Part shown: positions 51,286-62,900 of the stretch, one piece after another
Numbering within the stretch: the first letter of the stretch is position 1
Layout of the letters: the number at the start of each line of letters is the position of its first letter
NCBI GenBank assembly: GCA_021613535.1
Contig: CP075494.1
Location: 1,860,001 to 1,924,000 of the forward strand
DNA from: Adineta vaga
Lineage: Eukaryota > Animalia > Rotifera
DNA length: 64,000 bases
Direction of reading: 5' to 3'
Program-made: the position numbers and the translations under genes
The notes under the pieces: model-generated
The model's database searches: none
Seen by the model: only the letters and a program-made list of their open reading frames with translations
Told to the model about the DNA's origin: nothing

Positions 51286-52485
51286 CAGAGACCGGCGGGA
51301 CTGCGGGATTGTCCCGTCTCGTACCGCCGCGGGACGGGACAGAAAATTTAAGATTTAGGGCGGGACGAGACGGGACGGGACAAATACGCGAAAGACGCGG
51401 GACGGGGCGGGATAAAATTTATATTGAATTGTCCCGCGAGGAATATTTCTTTTATTTTTGTACCGCACTAATATTTATCTCAGAATATCTGTGAGAATAA
51501 TCTAATTTATTATTTTTATCTTTAATGTAGAAATATTTCTTTTATCACTAATTGCACCAAATCTGTTAAATATTTATTCGTTATTTTTCTACAAAAAGAA
51601 AAAATGACCTTTTTTAGAACCGTATGTTTTTATTCAAATAGTGATGATCAAAAGTCTTGATTCACTTTTTAGTTTTGAGCCATATATTTAGATTATCTGA
51701 TGAAGTTGAACTATTTCAGTCTAATAATATCAAAAATACTGCATATGCTTTTACTCTTTATTATACAGTAGTTTTTTTAAATTAATATGAAAGATCGTGA
51801 ACAAACATACTAGAAACTGTTATAAGACATCTACACTGCACCAAGGTTATGCACATTGTCCTCATAAACTCTGCTTTACCTTTTTTCTATTTCTGAATAT
51901 CGTTACAAATTTGCTGGAAGTTTTCTCGTTAGGATAATTCGGATCTCAGACGATTCGATTGTTTTTTCGTCATTTGATAGCGTAAGGCGAGTACTATGTA
52001 TCTATCTTTCTATCACTGTTTCTCTCTATATATAGACACCTGTATAATAGAAAAAACTCTTTGAAGATAGAATTTAATAGAGCTTATTGAGCTTTCCAAA
52101 ACTGTCTATATGGGAAAAACTGAATCTTTTTATTCCCATAAATTTATCAACCGCTTATATTTTATACATTTGCTACACGAATGATAGTTACAATATTTTC
52201 TGTAGTAGCAATAGAAGTTTCTCAGATTTTATTTATAGGTCCGAATGAATTTATATTTTTCAACCATATAGAGCAAATTCATTGTGAAAATATATAATAA
52301 GATACAGTTTGAAAATAAATAGCAGATATATAGAAAAAAATATTAAGCTAATGATTGTTTATTTAAAATATCTTGTTGAAAATTTTTCGTAGGAGGCGGG
52401 ACAAGACGGGACGGGACGGGATAATTAGAAGCTATTAGCACGGGATGCGGGACGGGACAAAAAATCCTTGTCCCGCCGGTCTCTG
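51286..52485. mobile_element. hAT-type non-autonomous element (1200 bp)
   Basis: Perfect 16-bp TIR CAGAGACCGGCGGGAC, 8-bp TSD AAACCTAT on both sides, and CGGGA(C) subterminal repeats at both ends. Confidence 0.96.
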
Positions 52486-54010
52486 AAACCTATGCATGGC
52501 GTACTTCATATGCAGCTCGGTGATGTGAATAATGATCGTCATATCGATATAATTGTAACAAATATTTACTATAATTCCAGTTTCCTAATTTTTCTTGGAT
52601 ATGGTAATGGAACATTTCAACCAGGAATTTATCCAAACGTTCACATGACAACAAGTATAGTTGACATGGCTTTAGTGGATGTCAATAAGGATAACAAACT
52701 GGATATCGTTTTCATTGTTCCATCTGATTTAAATATTTATGTATATTTTGGAAACGGTGATGTAACGTTTTCTTCAGCTAAGCTCTTATTTGTAGAATCA
52801 AGCCTACATCTCACAAAACTAGGTTTTGGCGATTTTAATAATGATACTCATATAGATATTGCTGTATTCAGTTTGCAATCTCTCCATATTCATGTATTAT
52901 TTGCAAATGGTGATGGAAGTTTTCAATCTTCGATATGTTTGTTCACTGCATTCGATGCTTCTCAAACGAATATGGTAATCAATGATTTTGATGGCGATCA
53001 TCAGTCCGAGATAGCTTTTTTACATAGCTGGAAAAATGTTGTCTTTCTGTTGTATCAGTATAAAAATAGCACTTTTCATGTTAATGAGCTGATTGTTAAT
53101 GGATTGACTCTAATAAAAAATGATATAAGTCTACATCATTTAAATAGTGATAAATATCTGGACGTCATTATTAACCGACGTTATATTCTTATGGGAAAAG
53201 GAAATGGAAATTTCCAAGTGCATGCTATAAATTATACTATTACTCCTAATAATCAAATACCAATTTATTTTGATAATTTCAATAATAGTGTTTGCCAAAA
53301 TATACCTCTTGTAAGTTATGGATCAGGAGGTGTATCCTTGATTACAAATACATGTGAATGTTCGACATTTTAAACTGTCAAAAGACTTATCCTAACTGCT
53401 CTAAAAAAAATTTGATAATTGATCCAGTGATAAACAGTGATTTCATTCAATTATACTTTCACTTTTACTTTTCTTTTTGCTTATCTGTTGTTTGTTTTAT
53501 TCAATATTTTATCCTCTTATTTAATCGCTTAATAATCACTATTAATTTTAATTCACCAATAAAACTCTTTTAATTTGAGGATGTGAGGATGGGTATCGTC
53601 CTTTTATCCACACCTTAGTTGATCTTAAAGAACATTAGCTCCACGTATAATAAAAACACATTTACGATATGAATTCACTATTCATTGCTGTTATTGGATG
53701 ATGACTTCGAATAATGTGCTTGTACTTCTGCCAAATTGGATTATCTAATGGCGATACATTCTTTGATGAATGTGTTGGCGTGTAACAAACGTCTGCTATG
53801 CATTTGAATTGACTAACTTTTAATACTTCGATCATATGTTTCCTATTATGAGCTCGACTTTTATCTTGAATCTTATAACTAACAACTTAAATCCAGACTC
53901 GACAACTCCATGACGATATTCTTCTAATACGTTGTGCTTGAAAATATTAGTATAACTAATTTGGTGTTTTGTCTTCGTGGATAACGAAGAGAAAGATAAA
54001 GTAAATACAA

Positions 54011-54066
54011 ACACCCTCAATGTGACAGATTAGTATCTTGAGGGTGTGGGTGTGGGTGAGGGTGAA
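54011..54066. repeat. Two adjacent half-copies of the telomere-repeat element
   Basis: acaccctcaa ... atcttgagggtgtgggtgtgggtgagggtga. Confidence 0.8.
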
Positions 54067-54408
54067 GATTGGTAATACTGCTACAGTCACATCTACAAGA
54101 TGCGAGCTTGCAATTAGTACAGCATTTATATTCTGTTTCTTTCTCAATTTACTCTCATCTTTCAAGGTTGCCTTTTTTTTATTGCTTTTGAATAATAAAA
54201 TGAAAATAAAACTATGATCGAATATCAGAAGAGCACTAAAGCATCAAACAATTGCTTATAAAGAGAAATTTGATATCATATCAGTATCATAGTTAAATAT
54301 TTGACTGCGTGACAAGAACTAACACTGAAGTTTATCTATCAACAAGAGAATGAAAACGTTGGTTGCATACGTATATATATACCCTGATTTTTTAGTGAGT
54401 CTATCGTA

Positions 54409-54492
54409 CAGCTTTGAGTATGGATTTATTCGTTTAGTGATCGTTAAGTTTTAAAAATGATCATAAAATGACTAAATCCATAGTCGAAGCTG
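54409..54492. mobile_element. 84-bp fold-back mini element flanked by TA
   Basis: TA|CAGCTTTGAGTATGGATTTA ... TAAATCCATAGTCGAAGCTG|TA, with ~38-bp imperfect arms. Confidence 0.6.
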
Positions 54493-54577
54493 TACCACAA
54501 ATCTTAAACTATTTTAGATTCAAAGAAATAGTGTGCGAATTTAGACTTCAACAAGCCATCCTCTATACTCTGTACAA

Positions 54578-54677
54578 TTGAGGAGGGTGGGTGTGGGTGT
54601 GTAGGTATTATCTGGTAATCCACAGCCTCACCCACACCGCAGCCCTCGCACCCACATACCCACACCTACACCCAACC
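54578..54677. repeat. Telomere-repeat fold-back element
   Basis: ttgaggagggtgggtgtggg ... ctcacccacacc ... cccacacctacaccc. Confidence 0.8.
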
Positions 54678-55033
54678 GCAATTTCATTCAATGGATGGTG
54701 CAATAGTTTTTTCCTAGATCTGAAATTGCATAATTTACGACATTTAGACATTTTCTCAAAGAATGTTGATAATTATATTCAGCTACTATTTATTCGAATG
54801 AGACCCTTGGATAACTGGTTTTAATCTAGTATAATATAATTGATTATATCATTCGTTTATTAGATCGTTCAGAAAGTGGTTGGACATAAGGATTTTTTCA
54901 ACGCTCTATATAGGTTTATTTTGATTGAAAAGAATTACACAAAAGAAATAGAAATAGAAAAAAAATTAATAATGAAATGGTGAATAATTCGATGAAAAAA
55001 TCCGAAGAAAAACTGAACTGAATACAAAAAGTC

Positions 55034-56331
55034 TTACAAATAAAATATAATATTTGGATTCTGTAGGAAAATAGTTCTTAAACGTACTTTTTCGTTTTCA
55101 GATATTAGATTGTGTCTTATATCTAATGTTCTTAATTGTTTCATTTTCACTAATTCTTCTGCTGGTACAGTTCGCAATTGATTTCCGTCTAAGAAAAGCA
55201 TTTTCAATGTATCACCAAGTCTGCTGACCGTCTTAGGTAATGTCTCAATCTTATTATTAGAAAATCGTATATCTTCCAATGGACCTTTTGCTCGCACAAT
55301 ATCCGAAATATCAACAAATCGATTATTGGATAAACCGAGTGCCTTTAATTTACTACTAGATAGAATTTGTTTGGGAATTTGATTAAAAAGATTATTCTCA
55401 AGAACTAATGTGACTAAATTTTCTGTTGGAAAGTCTTCCGACAAGTCAGTCAAATTGTTTTTACCTGTGACACGAAAATCTATGATAGAAGTGACAGTAT
55501 TGAATACAGTCGGAATTTTCACTAGACCTGTAGTACTTAATTCTAAAAATTCAAGATTAGTCAAAGTGGAAAAACTATCAAATGATTGAAATTTAGAAAT
55601 ATTGATGACCAGTGTTCTCAATGTTGGATTTAGATTTTTAAAGAAATCAGATGGAACTGATGATCCAGCGAAATAACTCACCCACAAATTTTTCAGTGGT
55701 AAAAAACTAAGAGAAGCAGATAACTGTTTTAGTGGAGCACTAACAGATAAAAATCTTAATTTTTTACAATTGCTTAATGATTCTGGAAGTACTGTCAGTT
55801 GCCATCCTACTGCATTTAGCGATTCTAAATTAGTTAATTTCCCAATTGTCTCTGGTATTTCATTTCCATCAGCAATATTTTTTAAATCGAGAGCCATTAC
55901 TTGAGTCAAATCACCAAGCTCTGCAGGTATACGCCATTGAGGTCGTTGGAATGCTAAGCTCAGTTGCGATAAATGGGTAAGACAGTATACCTGAAGAGCT
56001 TCCTCTGGTCCATTGTTCCACACCCAAAAATCAAAAACTTGTTGGTCGGAATTAATTCTAGCACATGGACCCTTTGATGTACATTCCGTTGTTCCATTTG
56101 CAATTGTAATATTGAATGGTAGAGAATAAAGAACATCAAGATCAGATGAATATTGTGTACAATTCAATGAGGGTAGCACGGCTTTTCCTATATAGAATGA
56201 AATCTATGTTTATCAATTATGACGTGAGAGAATTTAACATTCAATTTTTTTATTCTGATGAAAATGTGATTGCACAATTACGTGCAATTTCGACACAGAA
56301 TGAGCACTGTACGTAGCAAGGACACAGTCAT
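55034..56331 (-). CDS. Leucine-rich repeat protein. Main exon 56187-55034; short first exon from 56331 is uncertain
   Basis: LRR units (IPAELGDLTQ, IPETIGKLTNLESL, LKALGLSNNRF, LKMLFLDGNQLRTVP) and a Cys-containing N-cap. Acceptor tatatag| at 56188. Confidence 0.85.
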
Positions 56332-56589
56332 TAAAAAATAAACAATACAGAAACAAACATACCTTCGATATGCTGAAAAATCGACAACATTACGGTCGAC
56401 ATGAGAAATATTAATTTCATCTTGAAGAAATAAAGTTTTTGTATTACAACAATCACTGTGTATCTGTCTATTTAAAGGCAAAGTTATTGTGATGAATACG
56501 TCATTCTCACTCCTACGAAAAAATAAATAATACGATAAGGTGATTTTGGAAAAAGAATTTTTGATAATATGATAATGACTAACGATGTA

Positions 56590-56710
56590 CGGGTGTAGGT
56601 GACTGTTATTTTCATCTACGCCCTCATCTTTAAGAGGGTGTCAATGAGCGTATGTGAATTAGGTTGAGAAGAGACACTCTCTTCTATCTTCATCCACCCA
56701 CACCCACCCT
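56590..56710. repeat. Degenerate tandem pair of telomere-repeat elements
   Basis: gggtgtaggtga..ctacgccctca; taagagggtgt ... ccacccacacccaccctc. Confidence 0.6.
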
Positions 56711-56989
56711 CTCTTTCTGTACTCTGATCTCTTTCAAGAAACTGATAAATGTATTGAAATTATTCGAATAAAATCATTTTGAGTACAATTCATATTTCTC
56801 TTTATTAATTATATTTGAAGAATAAGTTTGAGAAGGTTCTTCATATGTTGTATGTTTATTATTTTTCAAAAAAAACCAAACACGACTGGTGATAGAGATC
56901 AAAACTAGTTCAAAGGTCAGACGGCGAGAGAAATGAGAGAGAAAGAGAAAAAAGGGAAATATATATGTATGTATGACATCGAACCGCAC

Positions 56990-59900
56990 ATAAGACATAT
57001 ATAGCAGAACATAACGAAAAGAAAAGTTAGGGATAACAAAGTATTAGCTGTTATCGCTAACATTTACTGTCCATTCAATTAATCATTGTTGTGCACGAAG
57101 CTTTCTCGCAAAACTGTTTTCTAACCAATTCCAATATTGATTAATCGTTGAAACTTTTGTATAATCGAAATCAATCTGTCTTGAATTAAGAAAATATTTT
57201 CGTAAATGATCTACTTGATAAAATGAATTGGAATAAATAACCACAAAGAGAACGCAGAGAAAACAGATATATAACATTATTTCTTGAATAACAGACCACA
57301 TTTGAGTTTCTTGTAATCGTTGCTGACGAAGATGAATGACTTCATTTGCTCCTTTATCATCGTTTGATGATCGGCAAAAATACGCAAACACAATTGCCAA
57401 TGATAGGATCTAGAACAAGATAACATATATTTTTAAATGAGAAAAGATCTCAATTCTTTACTTTCAATGTTTGAGTAAGAAGAATCGATGTAAACCATTT
57501 TTGTGTTGTTTCATCATCAAATTCAATACCACGTGCAATCATAAATAGAATTGAAAGACCAATGAAGATTAAACATAACCCATAAGCAATAGAAATACAC
57601 CACCGTCGAAACAATTGAACAAATAGCAAGCTTGGAATTAATGCAAAAAATTCATTAATAATACTAATGATTATCTATATAGAAAATAACATAAAAATCA
57701 ACCATTGAAACAACTCCACATACCTACTTGTTGAGGAGTAGTGTACAGTGATCTAAATGATAAACTAGTAGTTGTATTTTTTTCTTCATTTGATAAATCA
57801 TAATACATAATATTCAAAAACATGGAAATAAAAAGGAGAACCAAATGTACATTCGATTTTGTTCCCGAATTTTTTTGCTGACCAGTGAAAACAAGAATTT
57901 CATAAAAATATCTCTCTTCTTTGTGATTATCAGATAAGATTGTCACACCTAATTTCTCTACATCTTTCTTATCATAATAACGTGCATAAATTATCAAAAT
58001 TAGATAAATAATACAAACGCGAATTCCTGTTAAATAAATTGTTTTATTTATCATAAAATCTGGATTAGCAACGACATAATTCCAATCGATTGTTTTAGGT
58101 AAAACAACAAAGCCAGCAGCAAAAGTTGTCAAATGAGTTGAATAACATTGTGTTTGGTTATGATTTGTTAATGGACCAACGAGTAATCCATCAGATTTCC
58201 ATTGTTGATTTTCATTGAGATAATAACAACCAGAAGTATAGATTCTCATTTGATAATTTGATGTGAAATTTATTCGTTCATTAGTAATTGGAGGATCAAT
58301 GATGGATAAATTCGCGCATCTTTCATTCAATTCTGTTTCATTTAATTCTCGTAAACCAAAAATGACTGATTGATGACCAATTGTTCGTTGATTATCAATA
58401 TAATAGGTATAAATACCTTCATTTGTTAAATTTATCGGACAAAAAATGATCCATCCATCAATTTGATTTATCGACGAAGTTAGTTGTGGTATTTGATCAA
58501 ATCGATAGATAAATAAATAAGCTAAACTTGTATTTAATGATTGAATTTCCCAATGGATTGAAATAGAAAGTGATGTTGTCAGATTTAAATAATGTAAATT
58601 AAAAATAAAATGTTGATGATCAATAGATGTAACATTATGTAATATCATTGATGGAATGAGAAGATTTGGATCACGTGGAATAATAATTTCAATGGAATTA
58701 TTCATCGTCGTTTCAATTTTTAATTCAACTTGATTTTGATCAAGAATAGAAAATGAAATTGATCGAGATAGATTTGTATTTAATGAAGAATTACCAAATG
58801 ATGCTAATGGTTCCATAATAGACTAAAACAAAAAGAATATTAGTTTCAAATGATTGTAAAGTACGATTAATTCATACTCGAATGAAAATCTTTTCATTGG
58901 TATTAAGATATGAAATGAAATTGTTAGGAAGTTGAACCTGACCATTTCCAATTTCTTTTGTAAATGAATTTGAAAATGATTGAATAGATTTTGTTTCTAA
59001 TGAGAGTAATACTTGTGATGTATCGATACTGGAATCTTGTCCAATATTAAGATGAATATTTAATGATGACGTCACTAATGAGATTAATTGTGTCATTTGA
59101 TTAGTGATTTGATTGGCTAATTGTTTTTGATAATAAAGATTTCGATTTTTATCGATAGTTTTCAGTGAAAAATCATTTCCATCAGCAAATAAATCTAAAT
59201 ATTTCAATTATAAAATCGAAAATGGAGGAAGAGCAAATGTTACTTGGATTCGCCCAATCTAATTCAAGATTTGTATCATAATCATCTGGAAATTTAGTTG
59301 CTTGATATAAATCAATATCGAGAATAGTTGTTCGATGTTGTAACGGTCCATTCACAGCCTATATTGATACGTACGTTCAAAATATTTTCTATTTCTATCT
59401 ATACGAATATATTCTTACTGTCATAAGATTAGCAGCACATTGAAGAAGATTAGTTGCAGCAATATGAATATCTTCATATGTAGTTTTTGTTTTCAATGAA
59501 TTTAAAGCGATTGCTAATTGATAACATCGATTTGAAGCAATCGGCTAAATTCAAAGTTAAACTTCTATAAAAAGAAAAGTTAAGCGATTAAAATATTACT
59601 AAAGCTGATCGTGTTAATTCATTAGTTGTTCTAGTTAATTGAGCTAATGATGATGCTTGTAATTTGATTGTATTTAATGTTGTTATGGCAAGTTTTGTTG
59701 TAAATGTTAAAAGATAATCTCGAGCATATGCACGGGAATTTAATCCTTGATTATATTCATTCAATGCTGATTGATTCGCTGAAATGGATGCTATCGATTG
59801 TCGACGCTGATCACTTAATGATGAAATGAAGATATTCGCAGTTGGAACACCATCTAAATAAATGTATTAACTGGATGTAAAGTTTTATAGTATTATAATA

Positions 59901-62900
59901 TTTACTTGAAATAGCTTTGTCAAGATCTTCATTGCTAATTTGATCAAATTGTTGTGAAATAGATGTTAAGATTTGTCCAACAAGATTTTGATTTCCACTT
60001 GCAAGTAATTGAACAATTGGATTTGTACTCGATGAAATTTGAATATCATTGATTAAATTAGTAATCGTTGTTGAATCAGATTGTACAATAAGTGATGAAA
60101 TATTAATTTCAGTGATGCATTCTAATTGATCTCGAATATGAACAACTAAATGAAGTAATGACGTTTGATTATCACCCATTGGTAAATATATTTGAAATAT
60201 TGATATAGTTGAAAAAGCAATCATCATTTTCTTTGTTGGAACAGTTGTCCAACCTATAAAATTATAAAAGAAAATCTTGATTGAGATGGAAAGAAGAAGT
60301 AAACATACCATAGACTGTATAATCTTTAATTTCATCTTCATCGTACCAATTTAAACAAGATATGGTAAAGGGACTAGTTGTCGTACCGTTGAGTGGATTG
60401 ATTGAACATGATCCATTCGAAGGTGGTTGATTAATTACAAAATTCAATGAACTTATACTTACGTCATTTGCAAATGTATAAATAACTTCAAATTTCCAAA
60501 GATAAATTTGTGGATTAAATAAAAATAATTGATTTTTTGCAGTAAAATTACTCGTATTCATTCCTAGAAAATGCCAAGAAAATACATTTTTGTTCTATGA
60601 AAAATATTTCTATACCAAAAAGCCATATATTACGATAAGATATTGTTTGATTGAATAGTGTCCATTGAGTAAAATTCGATGATGAATTTATTGCACCATA
60701 ATAAATATTCCAAGTTATATTTCGGATAGTTGTACAACTTCCAGTACAAACTGAAAATAAAGCAACTTGTGTTGTAGGATTAACAAGTTGAAATTCTAAA
60801 TTTGGTTGACACATTGTCCATATAACACAACTAAAATCATAGTAATTGAAGATTAGAAAAAAGATAAAAGATGAAATTTACCTGATTAAAATCATATATG
60901 GTTGAGTAACTTCAACTTTTACAAGAACATAACCAGTTGCTTGTAGTGAAAAATTTCGACTATTTTCCATATAAATCATAAATTGATATGTTCGATTGGA
61001 TTGTAATGAGCCAGCCAGAATTGTTAATGATGAATTAAGAGAATTATCAAATCTCCATCCAGTTCGATTTAAGGATAAACATGATGGATTTGATGAATCA
61101 TTTCTTAGATCATCAATTGTTAATAATGAACCACCTAAATTTGGAAACATAGATAAACCATAAACTCGACAATAATATTTATATTTCCAATTCTATACAA
61201 AAGATAAGATGGGTAAAACTATAGAAGAAATATTTATTTTCTGCTTACGGAAACATTGAAAGTATTTTCATTCGGATCAACAGAATAACTTCCTGGATCT
61301 AATTGAAGATTTTGTTGATAACCATGTGTAATCATTGATGTACCATATTGAATTAAATTTGCAGTTGTACCTGATGGAGTGATTTGAATATAAACAATTG
61401 CTGATGAAGTAATACTTGTCATATTAATCATGGTAACAGTTAATTTAATTTCATATAAACCATAAGGTAAAGTTCGTGATGGAATATATAATTCACTAAA
61501 TGTTGTTATAACTGTTGGATTAGATGGTATTTGATGTAAACAAGATGAAGAACAATTTTTAATTGTCCATTGGGTATTTATTGATATAGAGATATTACAA
61601 TTGAGATGAATTATTGAAAAAATTGTAAAATCTTGACTTCGACGGAATTGAAGTGGTGATGATAATGTTGATATGCCTGGTATTAATGTTATTGTTGGAG
61701 GAGAACATACTACAAGAAATGATGTTGTTAAGGACAATATTTAAGTGTAAAGAAAATTCTTACATTGATTAGTGATCGATATTGTTGTTGATTGTTCTAT
61801 TAAAGATTTATTCTTAGATATGATTAGATAAATTCTTATTTCTTTTTAACAAACCTGTTGTAGTTAATTGTTCGGTTGTTGAAATTGGTTCATCTAAAGT
61901 TTGTTCAATTCAAAATTACTTAGTAACATGATAATTATCAGAAATAATGTTTATACTTACCACATGAATTTTTCAATAGAAGAAATTTTTGAATTCGATG
62001 ATTAGAAGAATCAGTCACATACATATTTCCATAACTATCAAAACTAAGCGACATTGGATTCGATAATTGGTCAGATGCTGAGCTATTTACTCCACTACAT
62101 CCAACTATACATTGAAAACCATTAGGCCCTGATCTAACAATACGATGATTGCCACTATCGACAATGAATAAATAACTGTCGTTATCGAGAATAATATCAC
62201 TTGGATATGAAAGTGTAATTGTTATGTTTGAAGATCCAGTTCCAGCAATTGTGATTCCATTTGAGTGTCCAAGATGGAAGAGTTGAATGCGATGATTTCT
62301 ACGATCTGCTACATATAAGTCGAAGTTCGTATCAACAAAAATTCCATATGGATTGTCAAGACTCTTAGATGTGTTACCAGCAGTACCTGTACCAGCAACA
62401 ATCGTCGTTGTACTAGAGTTATCACCTAACCATCTTTTGACAATACTATTCTGATTACGCATCGAGCAATACAATGTATTACTAATATCAATGAAAAGAC
62501 CTGTACAAGTTTGATTAATATACATAACAGCAATACTAGTGTTTGTCGTTGTTGACCATCTAATCACTCGATGGTTTGTTCCTCCATCATCAATAAAAAT
62601 GTCACCATTTCTTGTAACGAAAATAGCATATGAATTGTTTAAATTGCTAGAAATTGTTCGCGTTGAATTAATACTTTCATTGAACCATATCTGAATTCGA
62701 TTACTTGATACATCACTAGCATAGATTGTGTTCTTAGTTGTGATAAAGAGACCGTACGGATTTGCTCCAATTGTATTGTTATCAGCAAAAGTGATTGCAT
62801 TTGAATTCCATGATGCATTTGCACATAATTTTTGTTGATTGTATGATGGAACTAAATTGAAGAACATAGAATAGTATATTTATACAAAAATTACTTACCA

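Larger units (their letters stand above)
49640..53373 (+). pseudogene. Type II membrane FG-GAP/VCBS-repeat protein gene disrupted by two transposon insertions (start approximate)
   Basis: TM exon ending at 49751, Thr-rich exon 49845-50968, and propeller exon 51072-53373 with D(V/F)N.D...DI repeats. Removing each element plus one TSD restores the frame (SLNTTT; LAKPMHG). Confidence 0.85.
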
